From positions 7,056 to 69,134 of the forward strand of contig CAZYEC010000004.1 of the NCBI GenBank assembly GCA_964646385.1: a DNA stretch of 62,079 nucleotides, in the 5' to 3' direction. Positions 30,286 through 39,893 of this stretch are shown here, piece by piece. The notes beneath the pieces are model-generated. The model saw nothing but the letters and a program-made list of their open reading frames with translations, was not told the origin of the DNA and did not search any database. Made by a program: the position numbers and the translations under genes. How positions within the stretch are numbered: the stretch's first letter is position 1; every line of letters begins with the position of its first letter. This DNA is from an uncultured Eubacteriales bacterium (lineage in GTDB: Bacteria; Bacillota; Sulfobacillia; Fermentithermobacillales; Fermentithermobacillaceae).

Positions 30286-31239
30286 TTGAGAAATCTTACT
30301 GCACGGCCTTTGGTGGAAAGCGCGCTGTTGGCCGCCCTCGGGGCTGTGCTGATTCTGTTCGCTTTTTACATGCCGGTCCTTGGGGTCGTCGTAGCCCTGG
30401 CATCGCCGTTGCCCGCCGCTTTTGCCGTTATTCGCCACGGGGGCCGCTGGGGTTTGCTGACTTCCATAGTGTCAATTTTGGCGCTTCTCCCGTTTGTGGA
30501 TTGGATTACCGCGGTCGGCCTGTGGATCCTTTACGGGTGGGTGGGCCTGGCTTTTGGCATTGCCGTAAGACGGCAGTATTCGGCGGGATTGGTCTTGGCT
30601 GTCACGGCTCTTGCCTTTGTTTTCGGTGTGCTTTCGGTGTTCGTCACCTCATATTTGGTGACGGGGTTGAGCCTTTTCGATTTCGTGGATCAGCTGATTA
30701 AATCCGTTGAAATTGCCGTTAGGATGAACGAGAGGATTTTGGGCCCAAACCCTGTTCTTGACCAGATTGCAGCTTCTCTTTCCGAAAGAGATGTCTTGCT
30801 GAAAATGATACCGTCAACCGTTGTCCTATCGAGCCTGCTGTTGGCTTACGTGAATATTGAGGTCTTTCGCCGGGTAATGCCGCGGTTTGGTTACAATATT
30901 GAGGGGTTGCCTCCTTTCTCGAGGTGGATTTTCCCGGAAATAGTCGCTTGGATTGGTCTCCTGGGCCTATTGGGTATACCTTATCTTCCCATGAATGCGA
31001 TGAAAACCGCAGCTGAAAACATTTTTATCATTGTGGCTTTTCTGGCCCACCTCCAAGCGCTGTCCTTCATTTCCTTCTTTCTTCTGCGAGCGGGTTTCCC
31101 CAGGCTCATGACCGGACTGGTAGTCGTGTTCGTTCTTAGCGTAACCCTTACTGCCCCGGGCTTCTCTTTCATCGCTTCCTTTTTTGGTATGATAGATATG
31201 CTTTTTGACTTCAGACGAGTTAGATACGGTTTGGCGTAA
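30286..31239 (+). CDS. yybS: YybS/DUF2232 membrane protein
   Basis: LVESALLAAL..., many TM helices, terminal D.LFDFRR; slot between rpsR and rplI. Confidence 0.88.
   Translation: MRNLTARPLVESALLAALGAVLILFAFYMPVLGVVVALASPLPAAFAVIRHGGRWGLLTSIVSILALLPFVDWITAVGLWILYGWVGLAFGIAVRRQYSAGLVLAVTALAFVFGVLSVFVTSYLVTGLSLFDFVDQLIKSVEIAVRMNERILGPNPVLDQIAASLSERDVLLKMIPSTVVLSSLLLAYVNIEVFRRVMPRFGYNIEGLPPFSRWIFPEIVAWIGLLGLLGIPYLPMNAMKTAAENIFIIVAFLAHLQALSFISFFLLRAGFPRLMTGLVVVFVLSVTLTAPGFSFIASFFGMIDMLFDFRRVRYGLA
30928..30942. repeat. NBS-like 15-bp site ATTTTCC-C-GGAAATA (near copy)
   Basis: Core TTTCC-C-GGAAA intact, two outer mismatches; inside yybS. Confidence 0.5.
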
Positions 31240-31261
31240 AAGCTTACGGGAGGGACGCCAA

Positions 31262-31714
31262 ATGGAGGTAGTACTGGTCAAAGATGTTCCGGGCCTGGGC
31301 AAACGAGGGGCCGTTGTATCGGTAAAAACGGGATACGCACGAAATTACCTTCTCCCAAGAGGGTTCGCTGTACCTGCCACCAAAGGGGTCTTGAAGCAGC
31401 AGCAAACGCTGCAAACCGCCAAAAAAGACAAAGATGAACGGGCTTTTGCTGAAGCCGAGGAAAACGCAGCCCTATTGGGCGGCAAGACTTTGGTATTTGA
31501 GAGAAAAGTAGGGCAGGGGCGCATTTTTGGTTCCATAACCGCACAAGAGATCGCTGCAAAGATCTGGTCTGTGCATAAGATTAAGGTGGACAGGCGGAAA
31601 ATTCTCATCGGTGAGCACCTTAAAAGCATCGGGCGTCACGAGGTAACCATCGTAATGCACCCCAAAGTCCGGGCCAAAATCCTAGTGGAAATAAAACCGG
31701 AGGTGGCCAAGTAG
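31262..31714 (+). CDS. rplI: 50S ribosomal protein L9
   Basis: MEVVLVKDVPGLGKRG.VVSVKTGYARNYLLPRG, GRIFGSIT. Confidence 0.97.
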   Translation: MEVVLVKDVPGLGKRGAVVSVKTGYARNYLLPRGFAVPATKGVLKQQQTLQTAKKDKDERAFAEAEENAALLGGKTLVFERKVGQGRIFGSITAQEIAAKIWSVHKIKVDRRKILIGEHLKSIGRHEVTIVMHPKVRAKILVEIKPEVAK

Positions 31715-31715
31715 G

Positions 31716-33638
31716 TTGGAACGCAAAAATCCGCAACCTTCGCTTATTGAAACCGAGGAGCTTTTCAAGCGTCAGGTGGGTGCTTTGTTCGGCTTCCTTG
31801 CGTCTATATATGGGGCGGAAAGGTTGGTTTTGAAAGCGGGCAAGCTCGATGCTTTGAGGGGCATGAAGTCCAAGGATCTTCTGCAACAAGTCGTGGCATT
31901 GCAGAAAGTGGTCTACGAGGATCCAACAATCGGGGTACCTTTCGGTTTTGATGAAATTCCCGGAATCTTGGAAGGGTGCCAGGACGAAATAGCTAACCGC
32001 ATTGCCCGGCAATCTATAGAACAGGAAATCGAGGAACGGGTGTCAAGGAGGATGCAAGAAAAGCACGAGGAGTACGTGCAGGACATAAAACGGGAAATCC
32101 TTTCCGATGACGCAGGTCCCGAAAACGATGTTACCAAGAAGAAACTAAGGGATCTTGTGCGGCTCGAGCAAAGAAATCTGTCTCGTTCTGTGTTGAGTTT
32201 CTTGCGCCCAAGGAGCATAAAAGATGTGGTCGGGCAGGACAGGGCCATGAAAGCGCTGCTGTCCAAAATAGCCAGTCCCTTTCCTCAGCACGTGATTCTT
32301 TATGGGCCGCCGGGCGTGGGCAAGACGTCCGCGGCCAGGTTAGTTTTGGAGGAAGCAAAAAGACTTTCCTTCTCACCGTTTCTAAAAGATGCGCCTTTTG
32401 TGGAAACCGATGGGGCCACTTTGAGGTGGGATCCCAGGGAAATCACAAACCCTTTGTTGGGCTCCGTACACGATCCCATATACCAGGGGGCGAAACGGGA
32501 TCTCGCCGAAGGCGGCATACCCGAGCCCAAATTAGGATTGGTCACCGCGGCCACCGGCGGGGTTCTGTTTATAGACGAAATTGGGGAAATGGACCCTTTC
32601 CTTCAGAACAAGCTGTTGAAGGTTTTAGAGGACAAACGCGTTAGTTTTGATTCGTCATACTATGACCCTTCGGACCCAAGGGTACCTGAATACGTCAGAC
32701 GCCTTTTCGACAAAGGGGCACCGGCGGACCTGGTCATGGTGGGGGCCACTACCAGAGACCCCATGGATATCAGCCCGGCTTTGCGGTCCAGATGCGCGGA
32801 AGTGTTTTTTGATGCCCTGACGCCATCTCACATTGTGGTTATAGTCAAAGGGGCGGCCAGAAGACTCCGGGCCAAGATACCTGAAGAGGCCTGCGAGCTT
32901 ATAGCCGATCACACTATCGAAGGGCGCAAAGCGGTGGGACTCCTTGCCGACGCTTACGCTATTTCAATTCACAAGGCCGGGGCCCTGCCGGCTCGAGGTT
33001 TCCTTCCGATATCCGTGGAGGACGTGACGGACGCTTTGGGAACCGGCAGGTTTCTGCCAAACGTCACGGTTCGTGCCAAAGATGATTTTGAGGTGGGAAG
33101 GGCTTTCGGTTTGGGGGTTGTAAGTTACCTGGGATCGATTTTGGAGATCGAAGCGGCGAGTTTTCGCGGCAGAGAACCTGGAAAAGGTACGATGCGCATG
33201 AACGAAACCGCCGGTTCTATGGTCAAGGATTCTCTGTTCAACGCGGGGGTCTGCCTGAGAAGACTCTTTAACATCGACCTTAATTCCCACGACGTTCACG
33301 TGAATATAATAGGCGGAGCGCAAGTGGATGGACCTTCCGCCGGCTTGGCCATCACTCTGGCCATTTTCTCCGCAATTACCGGTTTGCCACTGAAGCAAAA
33401 CGTCGCCATCACAGGTGAGGTATCCCTGCAGGGGCGCGTCAAAGCCATCGGGGGAGTGTACGAGAAGATTTACGGCGCCAAGCAAGCCGGAATGAAGACC
33501 ATTCTAATTCCAAGGGAAAACGAAAAAGGCATAAAGGAGATCCGGGGGATCGATGTCGCATTCGTAGGCGATGTAAGGGAAGCATTGGATTACGTAAGCC
33601 CCGATTGGAGATGTGCAACCCTTGCAGGCATCTCTTGA
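31716..33638 (+). CDS. lonC: Lon-family ATP-dependent protease LonC
   Basis: GPPGVGKTSAAR, LFIDEIGE, DGPSAG (catalytic Ser), IGGVYEK (catalytic Lys). Confidence 0.92.
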   Translation: MERKNPQPSLIETEELFKRQVGALFGFLASIYGAERLVLKAGKLDALRGMKSKDLLQQVVALQKVVYEDPTIGVPFGFDEIPGILEGCQDEIANRIARQSIEQEIEERVSRRMQEKHEEYVQDIKREILSDDAGPENDVTKKKLRDLVRLEQRNLSRSVLSFLRPRSIKDVVGQDRAMKALLSKIASPFPQHVILYGPPGVGKTSAARLVLEEAKRLSFSPFLKDAPFVETDGATLRWDPREITNPLLGSVHDPIYQGAKRDLAEGGIPEPKLGLVTAATGGVLFIDEIGEMDPFLQNKLLKVLEDKRVSFDSSYYDPSDPRVPEYVRRLFDKGAPADLVMVGATTRDPMDISPALRSRCAEVFFDALTPSHIVVIVKGAARRLRAKIPEEACELIADHTIEGRKAVGLLADAYAISIHKAGALPARGFLPISVEDVTDALGTGRFLPNVTVRAKDDFEVGRAFGLGVVSYLGSILEIEAASFRGREPGKGTMRMNETAGSMVKDSLFNAGVCLRRLFNIDLNSHDVHVNIIGGAQVDGPSAGLAITLAIFSAITGLPLKQNVAITGEVSLQGRVKAIGGVYEKIYGAKQAGMKTILIPRENEKGIKEIRGIDVAFVGDVREALDYVSPDWRCATLAGIS

Positions 33639-34947
33639 GCGCATTCCACCACAGAATATTGAAGCCGAGGAATCGGTGCTAGGTTCTATGCTAATTGACC
33701 AAGAAGCGGTGCTGGTGGCCACCGAACTTCTGGCACCGGAGGATTTCTACAAGGAAAACCACCGTGTGATTTTCCGGGCCATGGCCCGAATGGCGGAAAT
33801 CCCGGAAGCAGTGGATGTGGTTACCCTTGCGGATCGCATGCGGTCTCAAGGGGAACTGGAGAAGGTTGGTGGCATGGCAGAGCTTGCGCGCCTGGCCAAT
33901 TTCGTTCCCACGGCCGCAAACGTCGAGTATTATTCCCGCATAGTGTCAGAAAAGGCTACTATCCGGAGGCTTATCGGCGCCGCCACGGAAGTGGTCGCCA
34001 ATTCGTACAAAGGGACCTTTGAACTGGACGAGCTTTTGGACAAAGCAGAAGAGGCCATTTTTCAAGTGTCCCGCAAGAGGTCTTATCAGGGCTACGCTGT
34101 CCTTAAAGATGTGCTTGTGGAGGCCATGGAAAAAATCGAACTCATAGCTTCTCACAGCGGGGAAACGGTGGGGTTGCCAAGCGGCCTGGACGACTTGGAC
34201 AGGATGACCACCGGTTTTCAAAGATCCGACCTTATTATCCTGGCGGCAAGGCCTTCTGTGGGGAAAACTTCCCTGGCTTTGAACATTGTGAGGAATGCCA
34301 CGATAAAATTGGATATCCCGGTGGTGGTTTTCAGCCTGGAAATGTCCAAAGAGCAGGTTGCTCAAAGGTTGCTTTGCTCGGAATCCTACATCGCAAGCCA
34401 AAAACTGCGCAATGGTTTTTTAAGCGATGATGAGTGGAGGCGACTTTCTGCCGCTTTGGGCACCCTTGGGGAAGCCAAGGTCTTCATCGACGATACCCCT
34501 TCAATATCGGTCATGGAGTTAAGGACCAAGTGCCGCCGCCTACGGGCGGAGCAGGGATTGGGGCTGGTAGTGGTGGACTATTTGCAGCTGATGAGACCTG
34601 GCAGGCGCCAGGAAAACAGGCAGCAGGAGATCTCCGAGATTTCCCGGTCGCTGAAGGGACTTGCCCGGGAGCTTGATGTACCTATAGTCGCGCTATCCCA
34701 GCTTTCAAGGGCGGTGGAGCAGAGGCAAAAGCAGATTCCACAGCTGTCTGATTTACGGGAATCCGGGGCCATCGAACAAGACGCCGACATAGTCATGTTT
34801 CTGTACACGGATTCCGAACTGGAACAACAAAACGCCATCCAACTCATACTGGCAAAACAGCGTAATGGGCCGACGGGTTCGGTTAAGCTGTTTTTTTCCA
34901 GGGAATACTGCAAGTTTGGGAACTTGGACGTCGTCCACCAGCCATAG
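33613..34947 (+). CDS. dnaB: Replicative DNA helicase
   Basis: PPQNIEAEESVLG, AARPSVGKTS, FSLEMS, VVVDYLQL, LSQLSR, DLRESGAIEQDAD, KQRNGPTG. Confidence 0.98.
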   Translation: MQPLQASLERIPPQNIEAEESVLGSMLIDQEAVLVATELLAPEDFYKENHRVIFRAMARMAEIPEAVDVVTLADRMRSQGELEKVGGMAELARLANFVPTAANVEYYSRIVSEKATIRRLIGAATEVVANSYKGTFELDELLDKAEEAIFQVSRKRSYQGYAVLKDVLVEAMEKIELIASHSGETVGLPSGLDDLDRMTTGFQRSDLIILAARPSVGKTSLALNIVRNATIKLDIPVVVFSLEMSKEQVAQRLLCSESYIASQKLRNGFLSDDEWRRLSAALGTLGEAKVFIDDTPSISVMELRTKCRRLRAEQGLGLVVVDYLQLMRPGRRQENRQQEISEISRSLKGLARELDVPIVALSQLSRAVEQRQKQIPQLSDLRESGAIEQDADIVMFLYTDSELEQQNAIQLILAKQRNGPTGSVKLFFSREYCKFGNLDVVHQP

Positions 34948-34977
34948 CGGGACAATAGCGGTGGGAGGTGCGTCGGC

Positions 34978-36369
34978 ATGATTTGGGATGTGATAATAGT
35001 CGGTGCGGGGCCGGCCGGCATTTTTTCTGCCATAGAGCTGGTTAGGGCGGCACCCCACTCATCGGTGCTTATTCTGGACAAGGGACAAGGGATAGAAACC
35101 CGCCGTTGTCCCAGGCCGGGCCTCGTAGGAGGATGTCTTGATTGCACCCCGTGTTCCATAACCTCCGGTTGGGGCGGCGCCGGGGCTTTCAGCGACGGAA
35201 AACTGACCCTTACTACCAAGTTCGGCGGGTTCTTGGACGAATACTTGTCCCAGGAAGACCTATCGGCTCTGATCAAGTACCAAGATGATATATGGCGGGA
35301 ATTCGGAGCTACAGAGCAGCTGTACGGGACAGATGAAAACTCCATCAACTCGCTGGTGACCCGGGCGGCAAAAGCGGGGCTCGAGCTGATTCCCGCCTTA
35401 ATCAGACACCTGGGAACCGAGAATTGCCCGGTGATACTCAAAAGAATGTACGATTACCTGGCTACCCGGGTGGAGATTCGCACCCGGGCCGAGGTTGAAC
35501 GGTTCGTCGTCGATAAAGGGAGGATATCGGGGGTAGTCCTCACAGACGGAAAGGAGGAACTCTGCCGCTATCTTATTGCCGCCCCGGGAAGGGAAGGGGC
35601 TTCATGGTTTTCCCAGGAGGCCAGAAGGCTGGGTTTGTCCGCAGAAAACAACCCGGTTGATATCGGTGTGAGGGTTGAGGTCCCGGCGGTGCTGACTGAT
35701 GAGATTACCCAAAAAGTTTGGGAACCCAAAATTCATTACTATTCAAGATCTTTTGACGACCTTGTCAGGACTTTTTGCGTTTGCCCCAGAGGCGAAGTAG
35801 TGGTTGAAAACTCGTCTGGAGTGGTTACTGTTAACGGACATTCCCGAAGCGAACCTACCTCAGAAAACACCAATTTCGCCTTGCTGGTGTCCAAAACTTT
35901 CACCGAACCCTTCAAAGAACCCATAGAATATGGCAAGTATATTGCAAGTTTGGCCAATATGCTCAGCGGCGGGGTCATGGTGCAGCGGCTGGGGGATCTT
36001 TGGGAAGGGCGCAGATCCACCGCCAAAAGGCTTGCCAAAGGAATGGTACAACCCACCTTGAAGGCGGCGACGCCGGGGGATCTGACCCTCGTCCTGCCCT
36101 ACCGGCACATAAGAAACATTCTGGAAATGCTTGAAGTCCTGGATAAGTTGATACCGGGAGTGTGGGCCAGAAGTACTTTGCTTTACGGGGTTGAAGTGAA
36201 GTTTTATTCTTTGCGGGTAAAGGTTAAGAACGATATGGAGACGGAGGTAAGCGGGTTATTCGTGAGCGGCGACGGCGCCGGTGTGACCAGAAGTCTGGCC
36301 CAGGCCTCCGCCTCGGGCGTCAAGGCGGCTCGATCGGTTTTGTCACGACTGGGTGTAACTCGCGGCTAG
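34978..36369 (+). CDS. Uncharacterised NAD(P)/FAD-dependent oxidoreductase with a Cys cluster
   Basis: DVIIVGAGPAG, CP...C..C.PC, GWGGAGAFSDGKL, SGDGAG. Confidence 0.85.
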   Translation: MIWDVIIVGAGPAGIFSAIELVRAAPHSSVLILDKGQGIETRRCPRPGLVGGCLDCTPCSITSGWGGAGAFSDGKLTLTTKFGGFLDEYLSQEDLSALIKYQDDIWREFGATEQLYGTDENSINSLVTRAAKAGLELIPALIRHLGTENCPVILKRMYDYLATRVEIRTRAEVERFVVDKGRISGVVLTDGKEELCRYLIAAPGREGASWFSQEARRLGLSAENNPVDIGVRVEVPAVLTDEITQKVWEPKIHYYSRSFDDLVRTFCVCPRGEVVVENSSGVVTVNGHSRSEPTSENTNFALLVSKTFTEPFKEPIEYGKYIASLANMLSGGVMVQRLGDLWEGRRSTAKRLAKGMVQPTLKAATPGDLTLVLPYRHIRNILEMLEVLDKLIPGVWARSTLLYGVEVKFYSLRVKVKNDMETEVSGLFVSGDGAGVTRSLAQASASGVKAARSVLSRLGVTRG

Positions 36370-36391
36370 GTAGTCCCTCGCTTCGGCCAAA

Positions 36392-36420
36392 TTGATTTTC
36401 CGTTTCCTCCATGTTATCAT
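36392..36420 (+). promoter_or_regulatory. sigmaA promoter of the tRNA cluster
   Basis: TTGATT-N17-TATCAT with TG extension. Confidence 0.7.
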
Positions 36421-36435
36421 GACGTACCGAAGACA

Positions 36436-36525
36436 GGAGGGGTGGCAGAGCGGTTGATTGCGGCAGTCTTGAAAACTGCTGAGGGTGCAAGCCCTCCGTG
36501 GGTTCGAATCCCACCTCCTCCGCCA
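36436..36525 (+). tRNA. tRNA-Ser(TGA)
   Basis: Cloverleaf, GCAGT-CT TGA AA-ACTGC, long variable arm, encoded CCA. Confidence 0.97.
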
Positions 36526-36526
36526 C

Positions 36527-36555
36527 TTGGAACGCCTGGCCATGCGTGATAAAAT
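36527..36555 (+). promoter_or_regulatory. Second sigmaA promoter within the tRNA cluster
   Basis: TTGGAA-N17-TAAAAT with TG extension. Confidence 0.55.
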
Positions 36556-36599
36556 AGGTTTTGCGGGGCTCTTTGGGAAAGAGCGTCAGGTTTTTACGC

Positions 36600-36691
36600 G
36601 GAGAGGTCGCCTAGCTGGCCGAGGGCGACGGTTTGCTAAACCGTTAAGGGGGTAAACCCCTTCGAGGGTTCGAATCCCTCCCTCTCCGCCA
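36600..36691 (+). tRNA. tRNA-Ser(GCT)
   Basis: ACGGT-TT GCT AA-ACCGT, long variable arm, CCA. Confidence 0.97.
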
Positions 36692-36697
36692 GAAATT

Positions 36698-36774
36698 GCG
36701 CCCGTGGCTCAATTGGATAGAGCGACAGACTACGGATCTGTAGGTTGTGGGTTCGAGTCCCGCCGGGCGCACCA
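36698..36774 (+). tRNA. tRNA-Arg(ACG)
   Basis: ACAGA-CT ACG GA-TCTGT, A20, CCA. Confidence 0.97.
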
Positions 36775-36795
36775 TCAGCGATAATCGGTCTTGAT

Positions 36796-36874
36796 GCGCC
36801 CGTAGCTCAGGCGGATAGAGCGGGGGATTCCTAATCCCCGTCTGCCGGAGGTTCGAGTCCTCCCGGGCGCACCA
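36796..36874 (+). tRNA. tRNA-Arg(CCT)
   Basis: GGGGA-TT CCT AA-TCCCC, A20, CCA. Confidence 0.95.
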
Positions 36875-36891
36875 AATTCTTTGGTAATGGA

Positions 36892-37365
36892 ATGAATGGT
36901 GTAACGTTGGATGAATTTGCTTTCGGCATGGGACTGGCAATCCGAGAGGCTTTGCGGTCCTACAGGTTGGAAGAAGTGCCTGTGGGGGCTGTAATACTGA
37001 AGGATGGAGTCCTCATTGGAAGAGGGCACAACCTTAAAGAGACTTTAGGAGACCCTACCGCCCACGCTGAAATTCGGGCTCTTAGGGAAGCGGCCCAACA
37101 TGAGGACTCTTGGCGCATTTTGGGTGCCACTATGTATGTGACTCTTGAACCTTGTCCAATGTGTGCCGGGGCGATTGTCTTGGCCAGAATACCGACTTTG
37201 GTCATAGGGGCCAAGGACCCTAAAACCGGCGCTTGCGGTTCCGTCATGGATATCACAAGTGACGGAAGACTGAATCACAGGGTAAACGTCGTATACGGCG
37301 TAAGACAAGAGGAATGCGCCTCGTTGTTAGAGGCGTTTTTCAAAGACCTCAGGGAAAAGGGGTAA
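36892..37365 (+). CDS. tadA: tRNA adenosine(34) deaminase
   Basis: EVPVGAVI, DPTAHAEI, YVTLEPCPMCAGAI, DPKTGACGS, LNHRV. Confidence 0.96.
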   Translation: MNGVTLDEFAFGMGLAIREALRSYRLEEVPVGAVILKDGVLIGRGHNLKETLGDPTAHAEIRALREAAQHEDSWRILGATMYVTLEPCPMCAGAIVLARIPTLVIGAKDPKTGACGSVMDITSDGRLNHRVNVVYGVRQEECASLLEAFFKDLREKG

Positions 37366-37372
37366 CCTTTTC

Positions 37373-37462
37373 GGAGGGGTGTCGGAGCGGTTGAACGAGC
37401 TCGCCTCGAAAGCGAGTAGGCGTTTACGCGCCTCGTGGGTTCGAATCCCACCCCCTCCGCCA
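37373..37462 (+). tRNA. tRNA-Ser(CGA)
   Basis: CTCGC-CT CGA AA-GCGAG, long variable arm, CCA. Confidence 0.97.
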
Positions 37463-37483
37463 TTGGATGTTGATATCGACCGC

Positions 37484-37573
37484 GGAGGGATGTCCGAGCG
37501 GCTGAAGGAGCACGCCTGGAAAGCGTGTGGACGGGGAACCGTCTCGTGGGTTCAAATCCCACTCCCTCCGCCA
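37484..37573 (+). tRNA. tRNA-Ser(GGA)
   Basis: CACGC-CT GGA AA-GCGTG, long variable arm, CCA. Confidence 0.97.
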
Positions 37574-37589
37574 TGCCGTCAAAAAGTTT

Positions 37590-37858
37590 GGCCGTGCTAA
37601 ATGGGGAGATAGCGGTGCCCTGTAACCCGCAATCCGCTACAGCGGGATTGAAGCCTTTCATGCGGCCGTGCCTTTTTGGGGCCGGCCTGGGCGGGCGGCG
37701 TTGAAGGTTGGGTCCTGCGCAATGGAAACTCGTGAACCCCGTCAGGTCCGGGAGGAAGCAGCGGTAAGCGAATCTTTCCATGTGCCGCAGGGGTTCCTGA
37801 CCGGAGCAAGCCACTCAGGTATCGCCTGGGGAGGGCGGTCAAGGGAAGGTGCACGGCC
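37590..37858 (+). ncRNA. ffs: Large (Alu-containing) bacterial SRP RNA
   Basis: Terminal helix GGCCGTGC/GCACGGCC; helix 8 core GTCAGGTCCGGGAGGAAGCAGC; about 270 nt, upstream of dnaX. Confidence 0.93.
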
Positions 37859-37925
37859 AACCGTTTTTGTGTGACTGCAGAAATTTTCCGACTTTCTCCG
37901 AAAAAGCCTCCGGGGGGCAAAGTAA

Positions 37926-39542
37926 GTGTCTTACATGGCTCTGTACCGCGTCTGGCGCCCTGCCAGGTGGGAAGATGTAGTCAATCAACAAGCGGTTGTC
38001 CGGATCCTGCAAAACGCTCTTTTGGAAGGCAAAGTGTCCCACGCTTATCTGTTTTCCGGTCCCCGGGGGACCGGGAAGACTACTGTGGCGCGCCTTTTGG
38101 CAAAAGCCCTCAACTGTCAATCGCCACAAGGAGCAGAACCCTGCAACTCGTGTTCGTCTTGCGAGGCTGTGGCTTCAGGCACGTCGGTGGACGTGATAGA
38201 AATCGACGCGGCCTCCAACCGGGGAATAGATGAGATGCGCAGTCTCAGGGAAAGCGTCAGATATGTCCCGGTAATGGGCAAGTTTAAGGTGTACATAATA
38301 GATGAAGTCCATATGTTGACCCAGGAAGCGTTTAACGCCCTTTTGAAAACGTTGGAAGAACCACCCGGCCATGTCATCTTTGTAATGGCAACGACTGCTC
38401 CCCACAAGATACCCGTTACAATCGCTTCCAGGTGCCAGAGGATGGATTTTCATCGTCTCTCAATCGAGGATATTCAGGGGCAACTTCGCAAGATTCTTGC
38501 TAACGTCGGTGAATACCGTGACAATTCGGAAAACGCTTTGACAGTGATTGCAAGAGCCGCTCAGGGTTCCATGCGCGACGCTTTGTCTATCTTGGATCTT
38601 TGTCTCACTTACGGTGAAGGATTTGTGAATGAGGATGATGTCCGGGAAATACTCGGGGAAACCGCCTCGGAATCCATGGCCAAATTGTTCGAGGCCCTGT
38701 CTGCCGGAGATTTGCAGACTGTTCTCAGCATGACAAGGAACCTTTCCGACAGGGGGAAAGACATGGGCGAATTGGCGGGAGAAATCGGCGCTTATGCCCG
38801 GGATTTGTTGCTGCTGAAGTCGACCCGCAGGACTCCCAATCTCGGCAGGCCGCCCGACGAAATGGCACATATGAGGCACTTGGGAGAATCTCTTTCCAAT
38901 CCCATGTTGGTTTCTTTGCTGGATGCTGCCGCAAGGGCCGTGGGGACCATGCGCAACGCCGACGATCCCCGTTTAATGCTGGAAGTCTCGCTGCTTGGGG
39001 TGATGCTTTCTGGGGCAATTCCGGCAGCCCGGCCTGCGGGGGAATCTCAGGAACCCCGTCAAGAAGCAACGGGGCCCGTGCCCAAGGTTCAAAAGGCGAG
39101 AACCGTAGAGGAGGAACCGGTGACCCCACCCGAAGACCGGATACAAGAGCTATCTTTGGAAAACATCAAAGCCGTTTGGACCAGGCTTCTTGACAGTCTG
39201 TTACGGGCGAAAAAAGCTCTGACCAGAGCATACCTTCTTCCGGCAGAGCCTTGGCGCCTGGAAGGAAACACGCTTTTTTTGGCGTATCCCAAAGGCTATG
39301 TAACCCACATGGAACAGATGACGTCGAAACCCCACAAGGAGGTAGTTGAAGAATATCTCGTGGGAATAATGGGGCATCCGGTAACGCTTGTGGCAGAGAT
39401 TTGCCCCGGCGATTCCGGTCAGACTAATCCAACAAGTTGCGGCTCCGGGGAACCGGGACAGGGAGTCTCCCACGCCCAACAGGATTTGCATCCCCTGGTG
39501 AAAGCTGCAATAACTATGGTTGACGGCAAAGTGGTGACCTAG
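37926..39542 (+). CDS. dnaX: DNA polymerase III subunit gamma/tau
   Basis: MSYMALYRVWRP, GPRGTGKTT, EIDAASNRG, IIDEVHML, AFNALLKTLEEPP, SRCQR. Confidence 0.97.
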   Translation: MSYMALYRVWRPARWEDVVNQQAVVRILQNALLEGKVSHAYLFSGPRGTGKTTVARLLAKALNCQSPQGAEPCNSCSSCEAVASGTSVDVIEIDAASNRGIDEMRSLRESVRYVPVMGKFKVYIIDEVHMLTQEAFNALLKTLEEPPGHVIFVMATTAPHKIPVTIASRCQRMDFHRLSIEDIQGQLRKILANVGEYRDNSENALTVIARAAQGSMRDALSILDLCLTYGEGFVNEDDVREILGETASESMAKLFEALSAGDLQTVLSMTRNLSDRGKDMGELAGEIGAYARDLLLLKSTRRTPNLGRPPDEMAHMRHLGESLSNPMLVSLLDAAARAVGTMRNADDPRLMLEVSLLGVMLSGAIPAARPAGESQEPRQEATGPVPKVQKARTVEEEPVTPPEDRIQELSLENIKAVWTRLLDSLLRAKKALTRAYLLPAEPWRLEGNTLFLAYPKGYVTHMEQMTSKPHKEVVEEYLVGIMGHPVTLVAEICPGDSGQTNPTSCGSGEPGQGVSHAQQDLHPLVKAAITMVDGKVVT

Positions 39543-39556
39543 GAGGCGACGCACAG

Positions 39557-39892
39557 ATGCCAAGATATCCGGGGCCAGGTGGCATGGATATTCAAAAACT
39601 CATCAAAGAAGCCCAGAAGCTGCAAACGGGAATGGCAAAGATCGAGGAGGAACTGGCCGAAAAAACGGTTGAGGGTACCTCGGGGGGGGGCATGGTCAAA
39701 GTGACCATGACTTGCGGCATGCGGTTTAAAACTGTGGAAATCGAGAAAGATGCGGTTGACCCCGACGATGTGGAAATGCTGCAAGATCTCATACTGGCTG
39801 CCCTCAATTCGGCAGTGGCCGCCGCCGAAGAAACCCGCAAGGAAGAGATGGGCAAAATCACCGGTATGGCGAATCTGCCCTTAAAGTTTTGA
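39557..39892 (+). CDS. ybaB: Nucleoid-associated protein YbaB/EbfC
   Basis: GTSGGGMVKV, VDPDDVEMLQDLILAA. Confidence 0.95.
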   Translation: MPRYPGPGGMDIQKLIKEAQKLQTGMAKIEEELAEKTVEGTSGGGMVKVTMTCGMRFKTVEIEKDAVDPDDVEMLQDLILAALNSAVAAAEETRKEEMGKITGMANLPLKF

Positions 39893-39893
39893 C

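Noticed and set aside
39207-39216. AAAAAAG in dnaX as an E. coli-type -1 frameshift signal
   Set aside because: It is read as AAA AAA G, not A AAA AAG, and I saw no nearby -1 stop codon or stimulatory hairpin
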